Of a DNA stretch of 64,000 nt, positions 1-13,449 are shown one piece after another. This DNA is from Mobula hypostoma (lineage: Eukaryota). Below the pieces are notes generated by a model. It saw nothing but the letters and a program-made list of their open reading frames with translations, was not told where the DNA came from and did no database searches. The position numbers were made by a program, and so were the translations under genes. The stretch lies in assembly GCF_963921235.1 (NCBI RefSeq), contig NC_086097.1:237152001-237216000 (forward strand), written 5' to 3'. Every line of letters begins with the position of its first letter. Positions within the stretch are counted from its first letter, which is position 1.

Positions 1-34
1 GAACCTTAGACCTCCTTACCCCTCCCATCCATAT

Positions 35-1430
35 ACATAGAGTCATAGAAAAGTACAGCACATAGAAAGGCCCTTCAGCTCATCTAGTTCCTGCTGGACC
101 ATTAAAATGACCTGCTCCCATCGACCTGCACTTGGACCATAGGCCCCCATGCCCCTACCATCCATGAGCCTATCCAAGCTGCTCTTAAACGTTGAAATTG
201 ACCTCAGATGCACCTCTTGTGCTGGCAGCTCATTTCACACTCTCATAACCCTCTGACTGAAGAAGTTTCTCCTCATGATTCCCTTAAACTTTCACCTTTC
301 ACCCTTAACCCATGACCCACCCAACTTCAGTGAAAAAAGCCTACTTGTACTTATACTATCTATAACCCTCATAATTTTGCATACCTCCATCTAATCTCCT
401 CTCAGTCTTCTATGTTCCAAGCAATAAAGTCCTCACCTACTCACTCTTTCCTTTTAACTCAGGTCCTCCAAACCCAGCAAAATTTTTGTAAATTTTTCTG
501 CACTCTTTCAACTTTATTTACATCTTTCCTGTTGGTAGGTGACCAAAGCTACACACAATACTTCAAATTAGGCCTCAGCAATGTCTTACACAACTTCAAC
601 ATAACATCCCATCTTTTGTACTCAATGCTTCGATTTCTGAATATCAGTGCATCAAAAGCTTTCTTAATGACCTTATCTACCTGTGACACCACTTTCAATG
701 AACTCTGGACCTGCATCCCATGACCTCTTTGTTCTATCACATTCCTCAGTGCCCTACCGTTCACAGTGTCAGACCTACCCTGGTCGGTCCTACTGAAGTG
801 CAACACCTCGCATTTGTCTCCATTAAATTATGTGACGTTTTTCAGCCCATTTTTCCAGCTAGTCCAGATCCCGCTGCAAGTCATGAAGCCATGCTGACTA
901 TCCTTAATCAGTCCATGTCTATCCAAATATTTATAGATCTGGTCCGCGAGAATACCTTCCAGTAACTTTCCCACTCCTGATGTCAGGCTCAGCAGCCAAT
1001 AGTTTCCTGGTTTAGTTTGAGAGCTTTTCTTGAACAGAGTAACAACGTTCACTGTCATCCAATCCCCTAGTACCTCACCTGTTGCTAAGGATGATTTAAG
1101 TATCTCTGCCAGAGCCCTGGCAACTTCTGCACTTGCTTCCTGCAGGATCTGAGGGAAAACCATGTCAGACCCTGGGGATTTATCCACCCTGATTTGCCTC
1201 AGGACAGCAAACACCCCCTCCTCTGTAATCTGCATAGGGTCCATAAGTTGATGCCACTTTGTCTCACTTCTATACTCTGAGTCTGTCTCCTGAGTAAATA
1301 CAGATGCAAAAACTTCATTTAAGATCCTCTCCATCTCTTTTGGCTCCACTCAAGGATTACCATTCTGATCTTCCGGAGGACCAATTTTGTCCCTTGCTGT
1401 CAGTTTACTCTTAATACATCTGTAGAATCC
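35..1430 (-). mobile_element. CR1-type LINE remnant (RT region plus 3' end, internally deleted)
   Basis: ORFs 828..1349 (KSPGSD, KPGNYWLLSLTS, DSQHGF) and 549..806 (LLRPNLKYCV) carry CR1 ORF2 motifs. Confidence 0.85.
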
Positions 1431-1439
1431 CTCCTATGA

Positions 1440-2365
1440 TTAAGATAGACAGATATGTACTTTAGTGATCCCAAAGGAAATTGTAGTGTTAGAGTAGCAT
1501 TACAAGTGCTCAAATATACAATTATACAAAATGTTAGAAGAGAAGAAAGAAAGAATAAAAAATAAGTTACCTCAAACAGTCTAACAGGATGGGACCATCA
1601 CTTTCCCGGCTATAGCTGACTCATTATAGAGCATAATGGCCAAGGGTAAGAATGACCTCATATAGCACTCTTTGGAAAATTGCAATTGTCTTAGTCTATT
1701 ACTAAAAGTACTCCTCTGTTCAGCCAAGGTGGCACACAGAGGGGGAGAAACATTGTCTAGAATTGCCAGGACTTTCTGTAGGGTCCTTTGTTCCACCAAA
1801 GACTCCAGTTAGACTCCTATAACAGAGCAAGCATTTCTAATCAGCTTATTGCCCCAGCACACCACAGCATAGAAGATTGTACTGGTGACAACAAACTAGT
1901 AGAACATGTGAAGGAGGGGCCTGCACACTGCAAAGGACCTCAGTCTTCTCAGGAAGTAGAGGCGACTCTGGCCTTTCTTGTACACAGCCACTGTGTTAGT
2001 GCTCCACTCAAGTCTGTCGTCCAGGCGCTCCCCCAGGTACTTGTAGGTCCTCACCACGTCCACGTCCTCACCATCAATACAATAGTATCAGGGAGCAGTG
2101 CAGGCTTACTCTTCCAAAAGTCCATCACCATCTCCTTTGTCTAACTGATGTTGAGCTGCAGATGATTCAGCTTGCATCATTTGACAAAGTCCTCACCAAG
2201 GCCCTGTATTCATCCTCCCAATCTCCCTTTATACACCCAACTATTGATGAGTCATCAGAGAAATTCTGAAGATGGCATGACTCAGGGTGATATCTAAAGT
2301 CCGAGGTACCAGGGTAAACAGGAAGGGAGCCAGTGCAGTCCCCTGTGCGGCCCAGGGCTGCTTAT
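1440..2365 (-). mobile_element. Rex/L2-like non-LTR retrotransposon 3' fragment
   Basis: Minus strand has a GAAQGT-like motif, FSDDSSI and the C-terminal RSFLPLAIMLYN, followed by a short-repeat tail near 1445. Confidence 0.7.
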
Positions 2366-2576
2366 AGTTGAGGAGAGGCAAAAAAGATGATTAAAAACTT
2401 GACAGGCATGAAAGGCTTGAGTTATATGGGGAAACTGAAGACAGAAGCTGCTTTTTCTGGAATGGAGGAGGCTGAGGGGTGATCTCAAAGGGTTATCGAC
2501 ATAGCAGATGGCCACAGTCTTGTCCCCAGGGTAGAAGAGTCCACCTTTTAGTTTAGGGGAAAGAATTAAAGGAAAT

Positions 2577-2795
2577 CCAAAATGCTGGAGGAACTCAGAA
2601 GGTCAGACAGCATCTATGGAGAGGAATAAACAGTTGACATTTCGACCTGAGGCCCTTTATCAGCGCTGATGAATAATCTTGGTCTGAAACGTTGACCTTT
2701 CATTCCACTCCGTAGATGTGCCCGGTTTGCTGAGTTCCTCTAGCATTTTGTGTGCGTTACCCTAGATTTCCAGCATCTGCTGAATCTCTTGTGCT
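2577..2795. mobile_element. PLE-derived palindromic insert with two opposed, degenerate hammerhead motifs
   Basis: Inverted arms aaaatgctggaggaactcag...ctgagttcctctagcatttt enclose a minus-strand core (ctgataa...gaaatgtc) and a plus-strand core (ctgatga...gaaacgtt). Confidence 0.75.
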
Positions 2796-4374
2796 TATAA
2801 TCTAAAGGACAAGTTTTTTTCAGACAGAACTTGATAGGTGTATGAGACAGGCTGTGAGAGAAGATGTTAGATTCAGGCACAATTACAACTTTTTAAAACA
2901 CTAGAGCTACACACACAGAATGCTAGATTTCCACAATCTGCAGAATCTCTCGTGTTTAAGGTTCTAAAACATTGGAGGGATGTGGACCGAATGCAGAAGG
3001 ATGAAATTAGTTTGCATTCGCATTTTAGGTCAGCAAAGACCAGTTGACTGAACTTCTTGAGAACTTCACAACCTAATTGAGCTGCCTCTCAAAATTGTCA
3101 AATCTGTGACTATTTCAGCCATTCAGAAAGATACAAAAACCTTCCAAGCTATTATAAATTTTAAAAACAATACTAAAGAGGAATAAGTTAATTAAAGACA
3201 TTTAAATAAACTCAGTGCAGATATAATTGAAAATAATAATAATCTTAATCTCTTTCAGCAGTTCTCCTCCACTAATGTATGCCTCAAAGTGACAGCATTC
3301 ATCATAAAGGACCCCCCCATGACCCGGAACATACCCTCTTCTCATTGCTACCATCAGGGAGGAGATACTGGAGCCTAAAGGCACACATGTAATGATTCAG
3401 GAACAGCTTCCTCCCCTCTGCCATCAAATTTCTGAATGGATATTGAACCCATGAACACTACCTCACCACTTTTTGTTTCTCTTTTTGCACTACCTATTTA
3501 ATTTAACTTTAAAAAAAAATATATACTTCTGACTGTAATTTACAGCTTTTTTCTGCTCCTGCATAACAACAAATTTCACAACATATGCCAATGATATTAA
3601 AACCCGATTCTGATTCTGACCAAGTGTACTCCCCAGTGTTGTTAAGTTGCTACGTTATCCTTGAGGCTAGCTTTGCAACTGTCAGGAAATCACCCAGAAA
3701 GAACTACCACCATGCTTCAAATATCCTTGTTTATGAACCCATGCTGGATCTTATTCAAGGAAATACTGACAGCTTTGCGTTGATCTGTTAGCAGTTCTTG
3801 ACAAGAACTAGCCTATTATGAATATTGTCTGAGCATACATCTCAAAATAAAACAGTAGTTAACACTACTGAATAAGGTTGTTCTTACTCTGAAGGTGGCC
3901 TCTTAGAGGTCCCTTAGAATGAAACAATATTAACATCGACAAAAGATTATCAGCAGTCATTTTGAAAATATGTGAAGTGCTATTCTTTTAAGTTTCCTCT
4001 ATTTTCTGCCTGGAAGTGTGAATTTAATCAGAATTAGTCACTCTGAAAGGAAACTGTCTACCTGCAAAATATCTTTAAGTTAAAAATAGGACAATATTTA
4101 AAAGAAAAGGCAAACAATTTCAGTGGTAGCAAATAGTTGGAAGCCAGGCATCAGTTCAAGGAAAATAGAGACTGTTCCAATTGTAAGGACCTCAGAAATT
4201 GTGTTCAATTTCGATTTGTTTGGAAAGTCAAACAGTGGGGAATCTCAATTATGAGTAAAAGAAGTAGTTAAAAAATAGAAGCACAATCATGTACACGTTA
4301 AGCACCGGTAGCAAAAGCAGATCACAAACAACTTCACATCTTCATACATATATACTTACATTCAAGATACATAC

Positions 4375-4563
4375 CTTCACATCTAGGTATTGGGTAGTTC
4401 CAGTTCCGACTTATACCGTGAAGACAAGTGAGTGCTGGCTCCCCAATTAGCGTATAACCTTGGAGGCACTCAAACGAGATGATCCGTCCTACTGATAAGT
4501 CATATCCGATAACAAAGCCGTTTCGAAACGGGCGGGGGTCAGGACAACTTTGAAGTTGGTAAG
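4375..4563 (-). CDS. CSMD3: CSMD3-like exon H (complete Sushi/CCP domain)
   Basis: ttgcag/gtatgt; 189 bp, phase 1->1; (A)YQLQSCPDPRPFRNGFVIGYDLSVGRIISFECLQGYTLIGEPALTCLHGISRNWNYPIPRCE, with four Sushi cysteines and the Trp. Confidence 0.95.
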
Positions 4564-5334
4564 CTGCAAAAATTAATTTCTTTAATTAGACTCAATAGTT
4601 GAAGGAAAGCTTTTAACAGCTGAGGAAATTTTAAGTATAATAAAGAAACAATATAATGAAACATTTTTAAACCTCCAGGTATATTTCAAATTTATTACTC
4701 CTACCCTGCAATTATTTTTGACTTAATGCCATTTTCATTGTCAAAGCCTGATCTCTTTCTTGTCTCCTCTTAGTATGTTGAGGAATATACTGCTAATCAG
4801 CATTTTCTCATCAGTTTGTGTGATGCAATTATTTTATTTACTAAAACCACACAGAATTAGAGCAATTATTGCACTGACGATGTTTTGTTTTCTTCAAAGG
4901 AATTTAATGCAGAAACAGCACAACATACCAGTGTGATTCTGAGGTAAATGGTCTTTATGTCACCTGTTGAGACTCCAATACTGCCCATTTAAAATGAGTA
5001 AACATAAAATACTAACAGTCAAGTGATCACAATATGAATTGATATTTGGTAAAAAAAAATAACCTTGAGATATTGAGATTTAATAGCACACAGCTTTTGT
5101 CAAAGAAAAGACTGTTTTATTGTGATTTTTAATGGTAATATTTATCTTATTGTGCCGTTCAAAGTAGAAATAAGATGTCCCTCTTATTCATTTTGCATAT
5201 AATAAAAAATTAATTTCAGAGATTTTTAAAATTTCATTTAATTATAATCTGGAGAAGTTGAAACATTGATTACTATATTCAGAGATAACTTAAAGGTGCT
5301 TTGGTACAAATATAGTTCTTTATCACCTTCACCA

Positions 5335-5715
5335 GAATGTTTTTTTATCGACTGCAGTTCTGCCTTCTACACCTTACTCCCCAACAAGTTGAGGATTAAA
5401 CTACTCAATGTGGGACTCAATACATCAACTCACAACTGGATTCTGGACTTTGTTACCAATCACACCCATATAGTAAGACTAGGCAATTACACACCAACCT
5501 CCCTGACCCCGAACACTGGAGCACTGCAGGGATGTGTACTGAGCCAACTCTTTACAATCTTTTCACCCATAACTGTGCCCCTACCTATGCCACCAATTCC
5601 ATCATCAAATCTGCAGGCGACACCGCAGTGACCGGATTACTTACAAGTAAGAACGAAACAGCATACAGAGAGGAGGTGCAGAAACCGTCTGAATGGTGCA
5701 ATAACCATAATTCTG
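5335..5715 (+). mobile_element. Rex/L2-like RT fragment
   Basis: Frameshifted FIDCSSAF, NWILDF, TGALQGCVLS, SAGDTAVTGL and ETAYREEVQ (ORFs 5266..5631 and 5532..5789). Confidence 0.8.
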
Positions 5716-5965
5716 GAGAAAGGGCTCTTCTCAATCTGTTCTACTACCGGAGCTCCCCGCACCGATCCGATGTCTCGAGTCAGAAATAATGGCCAAGTCC
5801 CGACTCCGAGACTTGGGAGTTCTGGGCGGGTTCCACGGCTTCTGGCCGGTCAAGGCGTGCCATCCATCCACGGTGGGACCACTGTAGTAGAACAGATTTA
5901 GAAGAGCCCTTTCTCCGGAATTATGGTTATTGCACCATTCAGATGGTTTCTGCACCTCCTCTCTG
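5666..5965. repeat. 82-bp inverted repeat around a 136-bp GC-rich spacer
   Basis: 5666-5747 is the reverse complement of 5884-5965 with 3 mismatches. Confidence 0.95.
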
Positions 5966-6563
5966 CAAGAAGTCAGGGGGAAATTTTCAAAGATAACTGT
6001 GAGTGATGGCTCATGATAGGTTAAATAAAAATCTGAGGAAATTATATTTCCTAATAAGAAAACCTGGTGTGAGATATAATGCTACAGATTACCAAGTTTA
6101 CAGTGTAATGACAGATGGCAGATGGATATTTGACAGTGATGTGCGGCTGTTCCTATAAATGTTTAACTATGACTCTTTTCTATGTGAGTCATAGTCATCT
6201 GTGTTCTGATATCGAAAAAATGTTCTCTTGAAAGGTAAGTTAAATCTTAATATAAGGAAGAATCCCACATGAATGTGCTGTTAAAAATCAATATCAATAC
6301 TTTTATTTTGGCCTACTAATGGATTTTTTCATTTCGCCTTATAGTGGTTTGGAGTTCTTTCATATTTCATACAAAGTCCAATTAATGGTTCAGGGCAGTA
6401 GGAAGTCAAATTATCAGCATCACTCTTGAATAAACCCTTTGCAGCACTTTCCTTTCAAAATCATTTGGATCAATGCAAAACTGGCATAAAGAGAGGTACA
6501 ATCTTCAGTTTTAAGATTTTGTAAATCCTCACAATATTATATGTTAATTAATTCATTCATTGT

Positions 6564-6646
6564 GTTGGCGCGTGGCCAGGTGGTTAAGGCGTCGGTCTAG
6601 AGATCTGAGGATCGCTAGTTTGAGCCTCAGCTGAGGCAACGTGTTG
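6564..6646 (+). mobile_element. tRNA-derived SINE head (truncated)
   Basis: A box tggccaggtgg and B-box-like gtttgagcc; same head as the SINEs at 12377, 40641 and 60605. Confidence 0.75.
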
Positions 6647-7379
6647 GTGATGTTGTTTGTTCACAAATACTCAATATCCATCTAAAACTTGCAGATGCCA
6701 TGTAACTGTCATCAAAAATCCACATGCAATGAGACTCTACTATCCACAGATGCATTCACAACTGTGAGAATGAACACAGACAAAGCAGAATGAGCTACTG
6801 TGGAGAAGTAGGGAGAGGAGCAGGATTGGGAAAAGGAAGAGAGAAATGGGAGAGTTAATCTGACCAGGATATTTAGCAAGGGGTTCTCTTTCCTGATCTT
6901 CAGTGAGATAAGTAAGTGAGGATTCTGTACATCAATAAGGACATCTCCACAGAAATCTGCCACTGTTGTACCTGAGAGCAGAACAGAGCAAGCAAAGCAC
7001 TGTCTACAGAACGATTTAAAAAATGTCATTCTATCTTGCTGGAAACCAATGAACAGAAATTTGACTAGGATTATAAATATTCTTAAGATGAAAATCAATA
7101 CTGACTTCCAGCACATGACACTATCACTCTGCTAGCCAACTGTGCGCAGTGAAAGAACTAAGAAGAATTTCATTCTCTCAAAAATCTAGCTGGCATGAGG
7201 AAGATGGCAGCAAACCAGTCTGGTAAGGCTGGTTCCAGTCATAAAGCTTTCATTCTACAGGAGTTCAAAGCAACTGCCATGATAAAGTGAAGGTGGCTAC
7301 CATCTAAAGCTATCTTCTGGTAGCATATCTGGTGACACTGGTACACAGCCCATGCACACATGTTGTGTAATGAACCAGA

Positions 7380-9625
7380 TTTGATCAAGGAACTTCTAGG
7401 AGTCAGTGATCATAATATAATAGAACACACCTGAAAACTTGAGAGGGAGAAGCTAAAGTCAGGTGTACCAATATTAGAGTGGAGTAAAGGGAATTATAGA
7501 GGCATGAGAGAGGAGCTGGCCAAAGTTGATTGGAGGGAGACCCTAGTGGGAATGGCGACAAAGCGGGAGTTTCTGGGAACAATTCAGAAGGCGCAGGAGT
7601 GGCACATCCTAAAGAAGAAGTAGTATTCTAAGGGCAGGATGATGCAACCATGACTGACAAGAGAAGTCAAAGACAACATAAAGCAAAAGTGAGGGAATAT
7701 AATAAAGCAACAGAGGATCAGGAAACTTTAAAAAAAACAACAGAATAAAACTGAGAAACCAATGAGGAGGGAAAAGATGATATACGAAGGTAAGCTAGTC
7801 AATAACATCAAAGAAAATACCAAAAGATTCTTTTCAGATATACAGTATAAAGTGTAAAACTGTAGAAATCAGACTGCTGGAAAATGATGCTGGAAAAGAA
7901 GTATTGGGGGACAAGAAAATGGGAGAAAAAGGGAAGAAGTATTTTGCATCATTCTTCACCATGGGAGATACTACCAGTATGCCAGAAGTTTGAGAGTGTC
8001 AGCAGGCAGGATTAAGTGCAGTTGCAATTATTCGGAGAAGGTACTTGGGAAGCTGACAGGAATTGAGGTAGATAAGTCACCTGGATCAGATAGACTGCAC
8101 AGCAGGGTTCTGAAAGAGGGAGCTGAACAGATTGTGGTGGCATTAGTAAGGATCATTCAAAAATCACAAGGTTCTGGCATGGTTCCTGAGGACTAGAAAA
8201 TTACAAATGTCACTCCACTCTTTAAAAAGGGAGGGAAGCAAAAGAAAGGAACATATAGGCCAGTTAGCCTGACTTCAGTGGTAGGAAAGATGTTGGGGTT
8301 TATTGTTAAGGATGAGGTCTCAGGGTACAAGGATGCACATGATAAAATAGGTCAAAGTCAGCATAGCTTCCTTAAGGGGAAATCTTGCCTGATAAATCTG
8401 TTGGAATTCTTTGAGGAAATAACAAGCAGGATAGACAAATAAGAATAGGTGGATGTTGTGTACCTGGATTTTCAGAAGCCACTTAACAAGATGCTGCACG
8501 CGAGACTGCTTGACAAGATAAGAGCCCATGGTATTAATTTTTTTAAAAAACAGCATAGATAGGGCATTGGCTGATTGGCTGGAGGCAAAGGGTGGGAATA
8601 AAGGAAGCCTTTTCTGGTTAACTGCCAAGTACTAGTGGTGTTCTGCAGAGGCTGGTGTTCAGACCACATCTTTTTATGTTATATGTCAATGGTTTCAATG
8701 ATGGAATGATGGCTTTGTAGCCAAGTTTGTGGATGATACAAAGATAGGTGCAGGGGCAGGCAGTGTTGAGAAAGCAGAGAGGTTGCAGAAGGACTGAGAC
8801 AGATCAGGAGAACGGGCAAAGAAATTGTAAATGGAATACAGTGTTGGGAAATGTATGATCATGCACTTTGGTAGAAGAAATAAAAGCATAGGGTATTTTC
8901 TAAACAGGGAGAAAATTCAAAATTCCAAGGTGCAAGGGGACTTGGAAGTCCATGTGTAGGATTCCCTAAAGGTTAACTTGCAGGTTGAGCTGGTGGTGAG
9001 GAAGACAAAAGCAATGTTAGCATTCATTTCAAGAGGGTTAGGATATAAAAACAAGGATGTAATGTTGAAGCTTTATAAGGCACTCTGAGGCCTAGTTTGG
9101 AGTATTGTATATAGTTTTGGGCCCCTTATCTAATAAAGGATGTGTTGACATTGGAAAGGGTTCAGAGGAGGTTCGTGGGAATGATTCTGAGAATGAAAGG
9201 TTTATCTTATGAGAAGCATTCGATGGCACTGGGCCTCTACTCACAGGAATTCAGAAGAATGAGCAGAGATCTCATTGGTACCTATCAAATGTTGAACAGA
9301 GTGGGGGGAGTCTAGGACCAGAGGGCACAGCCTCAGAATAGAGGGATGACCATTTATAACAAAGATGAGCAGAAATTTCTTTACCCTGCGGGCAGTGAAT
9401 CCGTGGAATTCACTACCATACTACCATGGGTAGCTGTGGTGGCCATGCTATTAGGTGTATTTAGGGTGCAGGTTAATAAATTCTTTATTAATCATGACTT
9501 GAAAAGTTACGAGGAAAAGACAGGAGAATGGGGTTGAGAGAGAAAGTGAATCGGCTATGATGAAATGGCTGAACAGACTCGATGGGCCAAATGGCCTAAT
9601 TTGTTCCTGTGTCCTCTGCTCCTAT
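7380..9625 (+). mobile_element. CR1-type LINE, 5'-truncated, degraded
   Basis: KSPGSDRLHSRVLKE, YRPVSLTSVVGK, YLDFQK and KFVDDTK motifs with stops and frameshifts; CR1 3' UTR. Confidence 0.9.
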
Positions 9626-9844
9626 TATGCACTTCCATTTTTCCTACGTAAAATAAACCTTTTGTTCTTGGAATTACGTTTGCAAACCATTTTTGCAACA
9701 TCTCCAAAACTGTTAGATCTTTACTGAGTGGGTAACTTTAAAGGCATTGACGAACACAGCAGTAGATGAAATAAGGACACAATACTGCATGACTATAACC
9801 TCTTAAAATATCAACGTTGTTTCAGTGTATGAGCCATACACTAA

Positions 9845-10165
9845 TTGTGTGGATAGTCAGAGGCTTTTTCAAATGGCTAACACGAGGGGGCAAAGATTTA
9901 AAGTGCTTGGAAGAAGGTACATGGCTGATGTCAGAGGTAAGCTCTTCAGACACAGAGTGGTGGGTACATGGATGAGCCAGTGAAGGTGGTAGAGGCAGAC
10001 CACAATAGGGTCTTTTAAGAGACTCTTAGATAGGTACATGGAGCTTAGAAAAACAGAAGGCTATGCGGTAGGGAAACTCTAGGCAGTTTCTAGAGTAGGT
10101 TACATAGTTGGCACAACATTGTGGTCTGAAGGGCCTATAATATGCTGTAGATTTTCTATGTTCTA
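9845..10165 (+). mobile_element. CR1 3' fragment
   Basis: ORF2 C-terminus plus 3' UTR ending ttctatgttcta. Confidence 0.75.
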
Positions 10166-11144
10166 TATAAAAACTTTGGCGCTAGCTTCCCATGCTTCCT
10201 ACAGCACAGTCTTGTATATCTATCACCAAGCTTCCAACAAATATCAATTTCCAGTATGATCTCAGCCTGGTGTTCTTGCAACATTGTCAAACTTACATAA
10301 ATCATTATCACTTCCGGCTGGGCCAAGTTCTCATTGCCTAATACATCTGTCACCATCAACAACAATCTGAATACAATCTTTTTTCTGTAAATACATCAGT
10401 TACGTCAAGTGTTGAAGAGTTGAAGGGCATTGTGGAAAGAACTGTAGCTTTAACAAAGAATACTTTGACTAATTTTAACAACTGTGCTATACTGTATTTA
10501 GATTAAGTGGTGCAAGTAATCCCAGGAAATGCAAACATGCACTTAAAATTTATTACTTATCTTCCAAAAACACTTTAAATGGAGGTTGACATAGCATTCT
10601 CTACCTCTGAAATAGAAAAACACTATTGAACATTTCTACAAGGAGTGCTGCCATAGGAAAGCAGCGTCTATCATCAAGGACTGCCACCATCCAGGCCATG
10701 TTCTCTTCTCGATGCCGCCATCAGAAGGGTGGTCCCAAACTGCTAGGTTCAAGAACAATTATTCACTTCAACAATTAGGCTCCTGAACCAGTGTGGATAA
10801 CTTCACTCACCACAACCTGAACTCATTCCACGGCATGTGGATTCACTCTCAAGGACTCTACAACACAGGTTCTCAGTGCAATCTATCTATCGATCTATCT
10901 GTATATCTATTTATTTATTTGTTCATTCATTATGTATTTACTTATGATTTGTATTTGCATAAATTCTCTTCTTTTGCACATTGGTTTCTTCCCAGTCTTT
11001 CTCTGTTCTACAGTGTATGCCTGCGAGAAAATGAATCTCTGTGCTGTCTATGTTGACATTTGAACTTCGAAATTTTGCTGAAGTAAAAAATGAACCATGC
11101 CATTAAAGCATCAATTTATATATTAAAAAAAACAACAACAATAG

Positions 11145-11820
11145 ACACGAGAAAATCTGCGGATGTTGGAAATCCAGAGCAATACACAAAAAATGCTGGA
11201 AGAACTCAGCAGGTAAGTAGCATCTATGGAAGTGAAGAAGTACGTCAACCGAGAGGGTCCTCTCCTCCTTCCCTTTCTGCAATGGTCCACTCTCCTCTCC
11301 TTCTTTTCCAGCATTTGACCTTTCGCACCCACCTGACTTCATATATTACCTTCCAACTTGCCTCCTCACCCTACCTCCCCACTTTTTCATTCTGGCCTCT
11401 TCCCCCTTTCCTTCTCAGTCTTGAAGAAGGGTCTCAGCCCAAATCGTCCACTGTTGATTCATTGCCACACATGCTACATTTTGTGTGTGTTGCTATCAAT
11501 TTATAAAATGTGATTTTACAAAAGTCAAAATGAAGCAGGTTGATAAGAAGCACTTTTACCAGTTCCTGAGTTCACGAGTGAAAATGAGCAACATCCACTA
11601 ATTTAGGGCTCATTGTACTTATTTTTATGAAGGCAACACAGATGTTACATACTTACATCAAATGTTAGACAGAAAAAAAACTTCTGTGTCTTGAAGAAGG
11701 GTCTCGTCCAAAACATCGACTGTTGATTCATTTCCATAGATGCTGCCTGACCTGCTGAGTTCCTCTAGCATTTTGAGTTTGTTGCTCTATATTTCCAGCA
11801 TCTGCAGACTTTCTCATGTT
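11145..11820. mobile_element. Two PLE-end fragments with degenerate hammerhead motifs
   Basis: gaagaagggtctcagcccaaatcgtcc near 11420 and gaagaagggtctcgtccaaaacatcgactg near 11690, plus the shared gatgctgcctgacctgctgagttcc arm. Confidence 0.7.
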
Positions 11821-11987
11821 AAATAATCTTTTTATTGCAAGTTTGGTTACTAAAAATATGCAGTCTGCCTTTACTGCGATCACAGTAAAGTTTTCAATTG
11901 GCTTCCTAAAAGTTAAATATGGTTGCAACACATATCAAAGTTGCTGGTGAATGCAGCAGGCTAGGCAGCATCTATAGGAAGAGGTAC

Positions 11988-12023
11988 AGTCGACGTTTCG
12001 GGCCGAGACCCTTCATCAGGACT
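11988..12023 (-). ncRNA. Minimal type-I hammerhead ribozyme motif (intact core)
   Basis: Minus strand agtc CTGATGA agggtctcggccc GAAA cgTC gact: stem I agtc/gact, stem II gggt/gccc, GUC triplet. Confidence 0.75.
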
Positions 12024-12376
12024 AACTGAAGGAAGAGCTGGTATTTTGACTCAGTTAAGTATGGTTGTACAGTTTAATCTTTTAAACTTAAATACTTTTT
12101 AGTGTTTGCTGTTCCATAGCCTGATGTGTTCTGAACTACAAGTTCAAGTTTATTGTCATTCAACCATATATATGTATACAACCAAAAGAAACAACGTTCT
12201 CCCAGATCAAAGTGCACAATGCAGTACATATAACACATCAGAATTAGAATCAAGCTTACTATCAGTGGCATGTGTTATAAAATTTGTTAACTTAGCAGCA
12301 GCAGCAGTACATGAATATATAGAAAGAAAAAAATAAGTAAATCAATTACTCTAAGTATATTATGTATATTAAATAA

Positions 12377-12676
12377 AGTCATCCATTAGTCTTGCGAGAC
12401 CATAGATCTGTGCCTGGAAAGTCTTCACTCTCCAGGGCGCAGGCATGGGTCAGGTTGTATGGAAGACCAGCAGCTGCCTATGCTGCAAGTCTCCCCTCTC
12501 CACAATACCAATGTTGTCCAAGGGAAGGGCATTAGGACCCATACAGCTTGACACCAGTGTCGTCACAGAGCAATGTGGGATTAAGTGCCTTGCTCAAGGA
12601 CACAACACGTTGTCTTGGCTGGGGCTCGAACTCACGATCTTCAGGTCGTTAGTCCAATGCCTTAACCACTTGGCCA
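12377..12676 (-). mobile_element. tRNA-derived CORE-like SINE
   Basis: Minus head tggccaagtggttaagg...gagttcgagccc, then ccttgagcaaggcacttaa (CORE-like). Confidence 0.75.
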
Positions 12677-13449
12677 ATAGTTAAATTAAAAATAGTGCAA
12701 AACAGAAATAATACTTTTTAAAAAGTCAGGTAATATTCATGGGGTCAATGTATACACAATAATACCACAAATATTGCTTAATATGTTCTGACAATCTGCT
12801 ATGTTGGCGATGCTTGCAGGCTGCCTCCAGCACACCCTTAGGTGTGCTGGTTGTGACACAAATGATGCAGTTCACTGTTATGTTTCGACGTACACATGAC
12901 AAATAAACTTGAATTTTGAACCTCATTTCTTGAACTGAAGCTTGCAGCCACCAACTCCAACATTGGAACTTTGTGTGTTCTTGAGAGTAATTTAGAGACA
13001 GGGACTGAATGCAACATAGACACATGACCTGTGAGGAGAAGAGAGAAAGGTTTGCCCAGGTTTCAGCTGTCTGTGGCACAGATGAAGAGATCAAGCTATC
13101 TAGAATGGAGTTCACAATGAAATTCTTGCTGAATTGAAAAGTGCGTGTAAATTGAAAAATCATCAGGGGCAAAGACAAGATGAATAAACAAAGTATTTTT
13201 CCCAGGGTAGGGGAAATCTATAACTTTAAGGTAAAAAGGGAAAAGCTTAAAGGGGCTATGAGGGGGAAATGTTTTCACATAGAAATGGTGATTACGTGGA
13301 ACAAGCTGCCATAGGAGGTGCTAGAGGCAGGTATAATTACATTTGAAAGGCATCAGAATAAGGTTTATTATCACAGACATATGTCATGAAATTTGTTATT
13401 TTGTGGCAGCAGTACAGTACAAGACAAAAATTATGAAAAAGATGGATAG

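Noticed and set aside
6564..6646. tRNA gene
   Set aside because: No convincing cloverleaf or terminator; it matches the head of the SINE family at 12377, 40641 and 60605.
6712..7116. 134-aa hydrophobic ORF
   Set aside because: No recognisable motif or splice context; the composition fits the antisense strand of a purine-rich decayed repeat.
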